From Octopus sinensis (Eukaryota): 64,000 bases of DNA. The first letter of the stretch is position 1; each line of letters opens with the position of its first letter. The DNA is taken from NCBI RefSeq assembly GCF_006345805.1, contig NC_043009.1, positions 868,001-932,000 on the forward strand. Reading direction: 5' to 3'. Shown here in pieces: positions 12,586 to 24,769 of the stretch. A model generated the notes under the pieces. The model had not been told where the DNA came from. It was given only the letters and a program-made list of their open reading frames with translations, and did not search any database. Made by a program: the position numbers and the translations under genes.

Positions 12586-13000
12586 GGCGCAGGAGTGGCT
12601 GTGTGGTGAGTAGCTTGCTTACCAACCACATGGTTCTGGGTTCAGTCCCACTGCATGGCACCTTGGGCAAGTGTCTTCAACTATAGCCTCAGGCCGACCA
12701 AACCCTTGTGAGTGGATTTGGTAGACAGAAACTGAAACAAGTCCATCGTACATATGTATATGTATATATATATAATATATATATATGTGCGTGTGTGTCT
12801 GTGTTTGTCCCCTCCCAACATCGCTTGACAACCGATGCTGGTGTGTTTACATCCCCGTAACTTAGCAGTTCAGCAAAAGAGACTGATAGAATAAGTACTA
12901 GGCTTACAAAGAATAAGTCCTTGGGTCGATTTATTCAACTAAAAGTGGTGCTCCAGCATGGCCGCAGTCAAATGACTGAAACAAGTAAAAGAGTAAAGAG
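12586..13000 (+). mobile_element. tRNA-derived CORE-type SINE, near full length; >10 further copies (e.g. 31553-31852 -, 58655-58940 +, 59080-59430 -, 60240-60660 +, 62690-63020 +)
   Basis: A box (TGGCTGTGTGG), B-box-like GGTTCAGTCCC, CORE-like ACCTTGGGCAAGTG, and a shared 3' tail. Confidence 0.85.
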
Positions 13001-13272
13001 TTTCTTGGAAAATAGGTGAGCAGTGGCAACAAGAAGAGCATCCAATCTAAAAAACACAAGCTTCAAGAGAGATTGTCTGACCAATGCAAGCACAGAAAAG
13101 TGGACATTAAAAAGATGATTATAATGTATTGTGTCACAACAGTTTCATATGTGATGACCAGTGGAATAAAGTACCCTGCTTGAAAATAAATAAAGGTATT
13201 TAACCAGAGAATATAGCAGCCAACCCATGTTAGCATGGATAAAAGCAAACACAGAAATGGTGGTGGTGCTGA

Positions 13273-13450
13273 TAGCAATGGCACAGTGGTTAGGGCAGTG
13301 GACTTGCGGTCATAAGAACATGGTTTCGATTCCCAGACCGGGCATTGTGAGTGTTTATTGAGCAAAAACACCTAAACTCCACGAGGCTCCGGTGGGTGGT
13401 GAACCCCGCTGTACTCTTTCACCATAACTTTCTCTCACTCTTTCTTCATA
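13273..13450 (+). mobile_element. tRNA-derived SINE family D, truncated
   Basis: TGGCACAGTGG A box and GTTTCGATTCCC B box. Confidence 0.65.
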
Positions 13451-13812
13451 CTTCTGCCGCAAAGCAGAGGAACCAAGGTGTAACCCACTATGGTGTGGTA
13501 AACTTTCAGACCCTAGTCTACATTGCGAATCCTCTGTACCCCAGAATGGTTCAGCTCTCCACCCGTTAAAAAGGCACCGTTTATGGAATGAGGATAACAA
13601 CGTAACTTTCGCGCCCATGCAACCGCCAGTCTACCGTGTGTGGTGGGTGGGTCTTCAAGTTGCCACACGCATTCTTAGTAGCTTAGAGTAGGCTCGAATT
13701 AGAGATTATTCTTTGTGGCCAATGGTGTGAGTCCCGATTGGAGGAGGAGGAGGAGGAAGAGGAGGTGGAGGAGGAGAAGAAGAAGAAGAAGCAGATCAAA
13801 TTTAATACTTAC

Positions 13813-13883
13813 ATAAATATGGCTGACACGACAACTTTACCCGAACTAGACGACCAAAGCTTATCTGGTTGTGGTCCTGGAGT
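13813..13883 (-). CDS. SLC30A9: SLC30A9 exon TPGPQPDKLWSSSSGKVVVSAIF
   Basis: gattccttgtag / gtaagt, 71 nt. Matches recalled GPGKVVMVAICI (start of TM1). Confidence 0.92.
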
Positions 13884-14781
13884 CTACAAGGAATCAGTTG
13901 ATAAATTGAATACAAATAATATCAGTCTAAGAACTGAATGGTTGTGATGTCTACCTAATTCATTCTTATCAACTTCAATACACTTTTGTGAGCAAGTTTC
14001 TCTTCAAATACACTGTTTTGTGGCAATTAATTTTGAAAATCATGAGGAATTTAGTGAAATTATATTCTCGTTATTAAGCTGGTGTTTAAATTTAAAACAA
14101 ATTCAAATAAGAGTGTTATAGTTTGCTTGAAGCATTGTAGTACAGAAGAAGAAAAATAAACGAAAAAGGAAATGAGAAAATCTTCTAAAAATGCAGAGAG
14201 GAAAATTGAAAAACCTTTCTACAATTCAGGTGAAGGATAGAAGTAATATAGATCACTTAGATAGATCATTATATCGTGCTTAAGCAAACCCATCAAGCCA
14301 AGCAAAATCACAGTTGTGGCAGATACCAGTCTCATGTAAATTGGCACCCGTGCCAGTGGCATGTAAAAGCACCCGGGTGTCACACAAATGGCACCCATGC
14401 CAATGACATGTAAAAGCACCCATTACACTCATGGAGTGGTTGGCATTAGGAAGAGCATCCAGCCATAGAAAACCATGCCAAATCAGACTTGAGTCTGGTG
14501 CTGTCTTCCAGTATGCCAGCCCTGGTCAAACCATCCATTGTCCATGCCGGCATGGACAATGGATTGGATGGACGATGGATTGGATGGACAATGGACTGGA
14601 TGGACGATGGAGTTGATGGCATGACTTCTATGGCTGAATGCCCTTCTCAATACCACAGATGTCCTTCCCAATGCTAAGGATGCCTTTCCTTAATGCCAAA
14701 AGAGTTAAATTTCACATTCCTCAGTCAAACTTCTTCCTTAAGTAAAGCAAGAAAAAATAAACAAACAAAGACAACGATTAC

Positions 14782-14879
14782 CTGTTGCTCTTCTTGCTCT
14801 TCAGCAAGTTCAAATTTTTTAGAATCACCTGTTTGCTTTTTATAATTTTCTATTGCTGCCTTCAGTTGGAACAAGTCCA
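14782..14879 (-). CDS. SLC30A9: SLC30A9 exon (L)DLFQLKAAIENYKKQTGDSKKFELAEEQEEQQ
   Basis: ttttttttctgtag / CAG|gtaatc, 98 nt, phase 1-0, frame-compatible with both neighbours. Confidence 0.88.
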
Positions 14880-15013
14880 CTACAGAAAAAAAATTCAATA
14901 AATCCAATTAAAAAAAAATTAAATTACAAAAGATACAAAATTAAATAAAATTTAATAACAAAGATTTACAAATATGTGTCTTGAAGTTATTTCTCTCTTT
15001 AATTTATATTTAA

Positions 15014-15405
15014 CTAGCAGTATAGCCCGGCGTTGCTCAGGTTCGTTTTCTTTCCGACCCTTTAGAATTGGAATTTTTGAAAAGTAAAAATTTTGCATTA
15101 TGTAGCTTGTTATTCTCTTTAAGTGAACATTTTTCTGGTTGAAATACACTGAAAAATGGCAACACAGCAGTCAAAAAATTGTAAAAAATAGAGATTTTCA
15201 TAGAAAAAAAAGCACCTTTTTGATGTAAATAATTTTTGGTCTTAACATGGTCCAATTTGAATTTTTTCCTCTACGGAAGGAAGAGCAAGCGTTCTTCTAT
15301 TATACTCTCAATTTTGGTCAACTTGTGCCACAGGGTCTCGGAGGAGATAGTGGTAGTTGAAGGCTACCAAACACACACACAGACAACTTCAGCTTTATAT
15401 ATAAA
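15014..15405 (-). mobile_element. Second copy of the same Helitron family, opposite orientation
   Basis: Closely similar to 10797-11194 over ~390 bp, with hairpin and CTAG at the left end. Confidence 0.8.
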
Positions 15406-15553
15406 AATTTACATTAGAGACTTAGATAGAGTAAAGCATCATGTCCAGTGCCCTGCAGTCTTCATGGAAAAACTGATCAATTACCTTTGTTACATAAATC
15501 TTATCCAAGATGCTGCAAATAGCATTCAAACACAAAAAACAAAAACCACTTAC

Positions 15554-15639
15554 AACGACCAAATCGTTCCCGTTCCATTTGAATAATTTTCTGTTTTTCT
15601 TTAGTAACATTTGACAAAGAACCCCACTTTTTGATTGCT
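15554..15639 (-). CDS. SLC30A9: SLC30A9 exon (L)AIKKWGSLSNVTKEKQKIIQMERERFGR
   Basis: atatttcag / gtaagt, 86 nt, phase 2-1. WGS...EK motif as in ZnT9 (VWGSPEALAREK). Confidence 0.92.
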
Positions 15640-16276
15640 CTGAAATATTTAAACAAAATTTTATTTAGTTATTGTTATTATTATTATTATTATTGGGTGA
15701 GAGTAGTGTGCATGCAATCAAAGTGACACTGGGGTACAAATATACAAAACCCAATATACCCATCATGACTACCCATCTGATGAGGGTACACCAGGCACAT
15801 GCATCACAACCAAGTGTGCACAACATGCTGACTTCATATCAAGTTAAACAGTGCATGCCCTTGCAGACTGGGTCAAGTTAGAATTTTCTTCAGGTTGAGT
15901 AGCCCATCCCACTCATAAGGTCCTTAAATAAGGTTTGTTAAAGGATGGTGAACCCATGAATCCAGAGGTGAATTATTCAAACTCCAAAGAATTCCTCTCA
16001 ACACATGGCTATGATGCTCCCCACCACTTCTGCTCATGATCAGAGATGCACATATCGTCAGCCACTAAGGGATATGCTCAACTGGTTATGGTCAAACAAC
16101 TGACAAACAAATCTGTGGTATTGAGCAGAATATTTGCTGTAGCCCATCTTTTATACCAAGACAAAACAATGTACACGATAACACTTCCAATCAGTTAAGA
16201 CATGAGAGTCACTGCCTGGTAATACATCCGGGCATTTTTTTTTTTAATAATAATAATAATAATAATTATTATTATT

Positions 16277-16656
16277 ATGATGAAGAAGAAGAAAAAGAAA
16301 AAGAAGAAGAAAAAGAAAAAGAAGAAAAAGAAAAAGAAAAGAAAAAGAAGAAGAAAGAAAAAGAAAAGAAAAGAAAAAGAGAAGAAGAAGAAGAAGAAAA
16401 AGAAGAAGAAAAAGAAAAGAAAAAGAAGAAGAAGACGAAGAAGAAGAAGAAGAAGAAAAAGAAAAAGAAGAAGAAGAAGAGAAGAAGAAGAAGAGAAAAA
16501 AAAAAAGAGAAGAAGAAGAAGAAGAAGAAGAAGAAGAGAGAAGAAGAAAAGAAGAAGAAGAGAAAAAGAAGAAGAAGAAGAAGAAGAAGAAGAAAAAAGA
16601 AGAAAAAGAAAAAGAAGAAAAGAAGAAGAAAAGAAGAAGAAGAAGAAGAAGAAGAA
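16277..16656 (+). repeat. ~380-bp pure purine (GAA/GAAAA)n tract
   Basis: Read directly; it has almost no pyrimidines. Confidence 0.97.
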
Positions 16657-16946
16657 GGTAAGATGACAGAATCGTTAGCATGCTGGACAAAATGCTTAGT
16701 GGTATTTCACCTGTCGCTACATTCTGAGTTCAAATTCCGCCAAGGTCAACTTTGTTTTTCATCCTTTCAGGGTTGATAAATTAACTACCAGTGAAACACT
16801 GGGGTCGATGTAGTCCCCTCCCCTAAAAAATTTCAGGCCTTGTACCTATAGCAGAACGTATTATTATTTTTATTATTATTATTGAGTGAAAGAGCAGTGC
16901 ATGCCATCAAAGTGACGCTGGGGTAAAATATACAAAGCCCAGTCTA

Positions 16947-17156
16947 CCCCTCATGACCACCCGTCTGGTACGTGCAGACCTGGCACAGACACACTGCCAC
17001 ATGTGTGCACCCCTCATGACCACCCGTCTGGTAAGTGCAGACCTGGCACAGACACACTGCCACATGTGTGCACCCCTCATGACCACCCGTCTGGTAAGTG
17101 CAGACCTGGCACAGACACACTGCCACATGTGTGCACCCCTCCTGACCACCCGTCTG
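16947..17156. repeat. 63-bp minisatellite, 3.3 units
   Basis: Units start at 16947, 17010, 17073 and 17136 and are near-identical. Confidence 0.95.
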
Positions 17157-17682
17157 CCTAAAGTGTATTAAAAAAGTGACAGAGTATTTCATATATGGTG
17201 ATTTAGGGAGTCAGTGGCTGGGTAGACAGTGTTACGTGAGGAAGATTTAACTGCTATTTTTAGCAGGTGTGTTTCTTCTCTGTAAGCTTCATTATTCCTG
17301 CTGTCATAATTTAGTCTAACTAAACAGTAATGTGTGTGCATGTGTGTGTGTGTGTGTGCATGTGTATTTGAATGTGCTTGCATGTGTGTGTGTGTGTGTG
17401 TGTGTGTATGGCTGTGAGTGCGATTGAGTATGCACTTATGTGATCGTGTTGCTGTCTAAATACACGCGTGTACAAGAGAGTGTGGATGTTTGTGTACGTT
17501 TCTCTGTGCATGATTATTTGTCTGTGTGTATGTGTATGAGTGTGTGTGTGTATGCATATGTGTATTTATCTCTGTGTGTGTATGTGTATGTGATCAGGTA
17601 TGATCTCATGCAATTAATTTGCAGAATAAATTTATAAAACGTTTAAAAAAAACAAAAAACAGATAGCAAAGAGGTAACTTAC

Positions 17683-17775
17683 AGCTTCTCAACATCAGAC
17701 CTTAGAAACATTAAAATCGGCATTTCTCTTCCATATGGACTTCTTCGAGTGTACTTTGGTAATTGTGTTAAGTCA
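17683..17775 (-). CDS. SLC30A9: SLC30A9 exon (N)DLTQLPKYTRRSPYGREMPILMFLRSDVEK
   Basis: Poly-T...cccag acceptor / gtaagt donor, 93 nt. Matches recalled DLEQLRKIRRRSPH...YLRSDVE. Confidence 0.95.
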
Positions 17776-19477
17776 CTGGGACCAAAAAAAAAAAATGTAT
17801 TTAAAGAAGATTCCAAACCAAAATCTGTTTAATTACAAAATCAGATTCATTTTTATTATCATTGCCACCATTTAACGCCTGTTTTACCAATGTTGAGTTT
17901 GACAGGCGCTAGCAATACCAGGAGCTGCAATTATGATGATGATGATCATCATCATCATTTAACGTCTACTTTCCATGCTAGCATGGGTTGGATGACTTGA
18001 CTGAGGACTGGCGAATCAGATGGCTGCACCAGGCTCCAATCTGATCTGGCAGAGTTTCTACAGCTGGATGCCCTTCCTAATGCCAACCACTCCGGGAGTG
18101 TAGTGGGTGCTTTTACGTGCCACTGGCACAAGGACCAGTTAGGTGGTACTGGCAATGGCCATGCTCAAATGGTGTTTTTTTACGTGTCACCTGCACAGGA
18201 GCCAGTCCAGCAGCACTGGCAATGAACTCGCTTGAATGTTTTTTCCACGTGCCACCGGCACACAAGTGCCAGTAAAACGATGCTGGTAACAATCACGCTT
18301 GAATTGTGCTTTTTACGTGCCACTGGCATGGAAGCCAGTTAGCTGCTCTGGCAACGATCAGGCTTGGATGGTGCTCTTAGCGTTCTATAATCTGTTTTGG
18401 CATGGTTTCTACAGCTCGATGCTTTTCCTAACGCCAACCACTTTACAGAGTATACTGGATGCTTTCCACATGGCATCATCACCAGTACCATCATTTTAAT
18501 GTCTGCTTTGCTATGCCTGCATGCATCAAATGAGACTTTGTTGGGGTAGAGTTTTCTATGGTCAGATATCTTTCCTGATTTGTTTCCAAGCAAAATAATA
18601 CTCTCTTATTCTATTGAAAAACAAACAGCCTAGACATAGTTATTGGAAATAAATGATGTTCGTATGATCCCTTTGTCTTACTTCTGTTTGTTTCAATCAT
18701 TGGATGGCAGCCATGCTACAGCACCACCTTGAAAGGTTTATGGTTTTTAAATCTGATACTTATTATATCGGTCTCTTTTTGCCGAGCCTGCCAAGAAAAG
18801 TGGTTCTAGGCTAATAGATGAAAGGTTACACTGTGAAAGAAGGGGACCACAGCAGGATAGGTTTCTTGCTGCAAAGGGGCCACATAATTATTCATATGAT
18901 ATGAATGGGAAATCCGTCGAAACTACACCTGATTATATATACACTTTAGATGAGTTGTAGTGCACCTGAGCACTGTACACAATTATTATTATTATTATTA
19001 TTATTATGACCAGTATTGTTTAGAACAAAGTGGAAGACTTGAATGTACAAAGAAGCTTATTCCTAGGTTTTATGTCCCTTTTTCTGTGCTACAGACATAT
19101 ATTACTGAGATAATATTTTACAGCCAGATGTCCTTCCAGATGCCAATTTTTACTTCTTTTTCAAACATTCAAAGACTAAGTAACAGACAATTTGTTGAGA
19201 AGAGAAGCAACAAGAAGAGACATCTACACTCAACTTCCTTAAGGTGCAATTGTAAATAAACACACAACAGACTTCCTTCAGGTTCCATCTACCAAATCCA
19301 CTTACAAGGTCTTGGTCAGTCAAGGGTGAAAGTAGAAGAAACTTATCCAAAGTGCCATGCAGTAGGACTGAACCCAAAGCCATGTGGTTTGGAAGAGAAC
19401 TTCTTAACCACAAAACCATGCCTGCTCTCATATGTATATAAATAACAACTTGAACAAGGAAAAAAAACCCAACTTAC

Positions 19478-19577
19478 TTTGGTGATAGAAGAAACTCATT
19501 CATGGCTCTAACAGGTAAGATGAAAACATTCCCCACATAACTGTAATCAATGGATTTTTTCTTCTTTGCTGGGGTAA
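19478..19577 (-). CDS. SLC30A9: SLC30A9 exon (V)TPAKKKKSIDYSYVGNVFILPVRAMNEFLLSP
   Basis: ctattttccag / gtaagt, 100 nt. Matches recalled human ZnT9 NFITGVRAINEFCLKSS. Confidence 0.92.
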
Positions 19578-20289
19578 CTGGAAAATAGAGAAATGCATAA
19601 ATGGCTTCATTTATTCATTATATATTGGCCATAAAGACCTTACATAGAAGAGAAGCTACGGGTGGAATTTATTGGGGCAGATTTTTCTGTGACTAAGTGT
19701 CCTTCCTGCTGCCAACCCTTACCTGCTGTGTTACTCAAGAAGAAATATCCAAAAATTCATTCATCAATAACAGGCAGACCAAGTCCCAAATTCTAAGAGA
19801 AATCAATAAACGAATAACATTCAGGTTACGCCAAAATTGTGGCACCGGCTACAGAGTTCAACAGGCAACTTGTCCGACCAGTAGCTTAGGTTGTTCAATA
19901 TATTGCAAAGTTTGGGATATTGCCAAGTTTCTAGGGCAGCAGGGAACATTTTTCCTTTTTTTTCCCCCCCTATTTTATAGCAATGTTCTAAGTGCAGGGA
20001 GGATTGTAAACTATTTAAGTAACAGCAAACTTCTATCTGGTTAAATTTGTGCCTTGCATGTCCCTTAATATGTTCTCTGATCAATAATAAAGGTTGTGCC
20101 TTCATCAAGCGAGCTCATTAACAATTCAGCTCGTTAACAATTCAGCTAAGCAGATCCAATGTCCTTCTGTTTCTTTTGTTTCTTTTTTACTCTTACATTC
20201 AGAAGTAAAGGGCAATGCCCTTGGCCTTTTACAGGGCCTTCAACAATGGTTGGGGCAGAAGGAGACCAGGCAGAAAGTGAGGTGAATAG

Positions 20290-20800
20290 ACAGAGACCGG
20301 TCAGAGAGAGAGAGAGAAAGAGGAAGACTGACAGGTAGAAAACGAGACAAACAGAAAGAGAGGCAGAGAGAGAATGAAGTGGAGAGAGAGAGTGTGAGGT
20401 GGATAGAGAGAGAGGAAGACTGATAGAGAAAAATGAGACAAATGGAGAGAGATACAGAGATGAGAGAGAGAGAGAGAAATTGATAGATAGAAAGTGAGAT
20501 CAATAGAGAATGATGCAGACAGAGAGGAAGAGACCAGAAAGGAAAAGAGAGATGGGGAAGAAAAGAGATAGAGAGAAAGTGATGCAGGAGGAGAGAGAGA
20601 GAGATAGTAGAGAGGGAGAGAGAGATAGACAGAAAATAAGACAAATAGAGAAAGTGAGGCAGACAGAGAGAGAGAGAGAGAGAGAGATAGTAGAGAGGGA
20701 GACAGAGATAGAGAGGAAGAGTATAAACATAAAGTGAACAAGGTAGATGGAGTGAGAGTGTAAAAGAGAGACTGAGGGAGAGAGAAATGAGGAGTAGACA
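20290..20800 (+). repeat. Degenerate (GA)n purine-rich tract; another at 44795-44945
   Basis: Read directly. Confidence 0.9.
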
Positions 20801-20868
20801 GAGGATCTAAGAAACATCAACAATCATCAAAGATGCAAGCAGTTTGAACTTCATCAACTTGGAATTAC

Positions 20869-21051
20869 CTTTCAAGAGTCTCGTGGGTTTGGCAGCTGGA
20901 GTTGGATTCACAGATTCTGTTGTTTTCTTCTTGCTGCCAGGAGGATCTTCGTTAGACACAGACGAAAGACATCGGTAAAGCATTAACTGTCTACCAGCAT
21001 TCACAATGAAGTTAGATGGTAACTGGAATATCGTGTCGTGTTTTCGACAGT
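20869..21051 (-). CDS. SLC30A9: SLC30A9 exon (D)CRKHDTIFQLPSNFIVNAGRQLMLYRCLSSVSNEDPPGSKKKTTESVNPTPAAKPTRLLK
   Basis: ttttcttctgcag acceptor, AAAG|gtaatt donor, 183 nt, phase 1-1, open frame that joins the conserved exon 19478-19577. Confidence 0.8.
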
Positions 21052-22630
21052 CTGCAGAAGAAAAGCAAATATCAGGAAAAATTCTGAACAATGCAAATGC
21101 ATTACAAAAATGGTGAGAATGTGTGTGTGTGTGTATTAACTACTGGTGGGGACACCATATTCCGTTACGCAACTATAATAGAGGAGCAAAACACTCCCCC
21201 ACCCCGTCCAATGGACAGTGTTGACTTGTCAAACATTTAAACCAAATTTTCTCAAAACAACTTGTCTGTCTGTCCCCTAGGCCTCCCCTTTGAGAAACAC
21301 TGATTTAACCGAAATTTGAGACACCAGCAAAAGAAGAAATAAATATAGACTTTTTTCTATTCCAAAGAAAAACGATTTTATTCACACAAATATGCAACCA
21401 AAGAGTTTAAAGTACCAGTAATGATAAAGCTGTTGACTGGGAGAACACAAACATGGTTTAAACAGTAGGCTTGGCAGGAAAGAAACGTGCCTTTAAGCAG
21501 AACAAAAACAACAAAAAATGGAAGGTGCAGTTATGTACAGGTTGACGGAAAAAAAGCAGGACAAAAACAGCTTTATCAATCGCATTCTCACCTGGAATCG
21601 ATTTTTGTCATTTTTTTCAAGACTTATACATGCCCTGATACTGTCGGTATCTACATATCAAATTTGAGCGCAATCGGATGGAGGATGCCCGAGATCCTAG
21701 AAGACAGACAGACAGACAGAATTGATTTTATATAAGAGATTACCAAGTATATTAAAGGTTTTATAAGTCATGACTGTGTCCTGTCACTTTTAAGTTTAAT
21801 TCTATAGATTTTCTATAGAAATTAGAGCCAGCACTGAAAGTTCTGACGTTTCGTAAATGAATCCATCCATATAAACAATGTGATCAAATATCGAATAATA
21901 GGTAAGAGGTGTATAGGAATATTTCAGGAGATCGTGCTCCTTCTTCATTAACCATCCATTAGGGGTGGGCATGGCTGTCTGGTTAAGATGCTTGCTTCCC
22001 AGCCACATAGTTTCAGGTTCAGCTCCACTACACGACACCTGGGGCAAGTGTTTTCTGCTATAGCCTCCGGTTGACCATAGCCTTGTCAGTGAATTTTGTA
22101 GGCAGCAGTTACCATCATGTGTATCAGTACTTGTGCTCCCCAACAGAAAGTGACTATATTGCTTAAATAGTCACTAAACTTAGTGGTGTTACACAGTCGG
22201 AGATACCAATTTTACAAATTAAACATATTCCTGGCAACCTGTAAGCATATATTAATTGCTGGTCAAGTATATATCTCTTATTATAAAAGGCAGATTTTAT
22301 CTGCCTCCCTTTGGGAGTTATACAAATCTACAATATAGGATTTCTTCAATTACAATTTACCTGGCAGTTTTAAGAGTACAATGCGTCGCGTCATGCCAGG
22401 TCCAGTTTTTAAAATTTAAACTCCAATTAAGCAAAATTTACAGAAAACTCACATTCTGGTGTGTGTGTCAAATGCTTTTCTTAGTCTGGTTTACAGCACA
22501 CGCAAACGCACACACACACAAAGGGAGCGAATTGTTTCACTGACGCTATCACCCTTCTCTTCCTTTGTCTTTGCAAGTTGGCAGCTATTAAAGTGAAAAC
22601 AGTGAATCCGACAGCGATAAAGAAAACGAA

Positions 22631-22930
22631 TTGGCACCTGAATGGAGTGAAAATTTAAAAACTGTTTCTTTCGGTGATTTTTCTGAAGAAACTGGACCAA
22701 GCCACAGTCTTTCCCAGAAGAGTAAAGCCTTACACTATTTCTATTTACTTTTTCGAATGAGCCCATTTGAAATCATTACGGCAGAAACGAACTGTTACGC
22801 TAAACATAAACAAAACGAAAGAAACGATAGTTTATTTCCCACAACCTTAAATGAAATTAAGGCCTATTTTACCATAAATATTATTATGGGTATCAGAAAG
22901 TTACCCAGAATAACAAAAATTCTATCGTAA
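22631..22930 (+). mobile_element. piggyBac-like transposase fragment
   Basis: YFYLLF...EIITAETNCYAK...TTLNEIKAYFTINIIMGIRKLPRI resembles the N-terminal part of the piggyBac/PGBD transposase domain. It is truncated. Confidence 0.65.
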
Positions 22931-23034
22931 AATTTTGTTGCATACCCAATTGAATATTAGCTAATAACCCATTTTCTATAGCGATGTTTGAACAAAATTT
23001 TAATAATTTTACAGAAGTTACCCAGAATAACAAA

Positions 23035-23310
23035 CGAGCCCTTCTGGGTATTAGCGCGCGTCTACGATGAGTCTACGATTTAAAAAAAAATTACTATCAT
23101 ATTTTTCCATTTTAATGCATTTTTTCGCTTTTATATAAGGGAAGTAACTCTCTAAAAATATCTACGATGTGTCAACGATTAAAGAAAAATTTACCTTAAT
23201 TTTTTTCAATTTTTAATGCATTTTTTGCTATTTTTTGGCTATAACTCTCTAAAAATGCTTATATAGTTATTTCCCTTACAAACCCGAGCAACGCCGGGCG
23301 ATACTGCTAG
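23035..23310 (+). mobile_element. Helitron-like 3' fragment of a related subfamily
   Basis: Ends CCCGAGCAACGCCGGGCGATACTGCTAG|T. Confidence 0.65.
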
Positions 23311-23364
<54 letters not shown>

Positions 23365-24670
23365 GTTTGCGTTGGTATGGTCATGTATTTCAGATGGATG
23401 AGGAGAGATGTGTGAAGAAGTGCCACTCCTAAACAGTTGAAGGAATCCGGGGTAGAGGTAGACCCAGGAAGACATGGGATGAGGTGGTCAAGCGTAACCT
23501 TCGAATGTTGGGCCTCACAGAGGCAATGACAAAAGACCAAAACCTCTGGAGATATGCTGTGACTGTGAAGACCCAACAAATGAAGAGAGTTCATGGTTCA
23601 CAGGACGGCCTGCTGTGCTTACCTTAGATTGTAAGGTGACCTGCTGTGCTTGAGGAGACCTATTGAGTCAGGTATATCAACACCAAAAAATCAAATGGAA
23701 ATTCTAGTTGTGATATCTGTGCTGGTGGCATGTAAAAAAACATCATCCAAACGTGACCGATGCCAGCACTGCTTTGACTGGCGTCCGTGCTGGTTGCCCG
23801 TAACAAGCACCAACCGATCGTGGACGTTGCCAGCCTCCACTGGCCCCTGTGCTGGTGGCACGTAAAAAGTGCCCACTACACTCACTAAGTGGTTGGCGTT
23901 AGGAAGGGCATCCAGCTGTAGAAACACTGCCAGATCAGACTGGAGCCTGGTGCGGCCTCCTGGCTTCCCAGACCCCGGTCGAACCGTCCAACCCATGCTA
24001 GCATGGAAAACGGACGTTAAACGATGATGATGATATATATGTGTGTATATATATATATATACATACATATATAAACATCATTACTACCATTATTATCTAA
24101 CATCCACTTTTCTAAGCTAGCATAGGTTAGATGGAATTTATTGGGGCAGATTTTTCAGTGACTAAATGTCCTTTCTGCTGCCAACCCTCACCTGCTTCTT
24201 CCAAGCAAGGTAATGTCTTGCTACAGCTAGACATGTTTCCCACACAAAACTGGAAATGAACAACCCTGCTTGTAAGATCGTGATGCTCAGTTGCAATCAT
24301 TACATGATGTCTAGACAAGGGTACACACATACACAAAGGTGTATACGTATGTATACACAACAGGCTTCTTTCAGTTTCCTTCTACTAAATTCACTCACAA
24401 GGCTTTGGTCGGCCTAGAACTCTAGTAGAAGACAGTTGCCCGAGGTGCTGTGCAGTGGGAGTGAACCTAAGATAACATGGGAAAGCGTGCTTTCCATCCA
24501 CAAAACCTCGCTTGTGTTTGTGTGTGTGTGTGTGTTATTGTGTCTGGGAGAGTCATTCTCTTTTAGTGCCTTATTATTTAACACACTCACCGATTCAATT
24601 TCCACTCATTTACTTACCTTTTCTAAAACTTTTTGCTGCGTCTTGCAACCTTTTCAATAGTCGTTGATGA

Positions 24671-24708
<38 letters not shown>

Positions 24709-24769
24709 ATTGTTCCAATCAATACAAGTCGGATGAACAAAAACAGTGAGCGATATCTTTTAATTTCCA

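Noticed and set aside
16244-16690. Poly-K/R/E and poly-F/S/L ORFs
   Set aside because: They are the GAA tract read on both strands.
19578-20868. Search for an additional small SLC30A9 exon
   Set aside because: The only donor-like site (~20195) gives no frame-preserving exon, and the flanking exons already join in frame.
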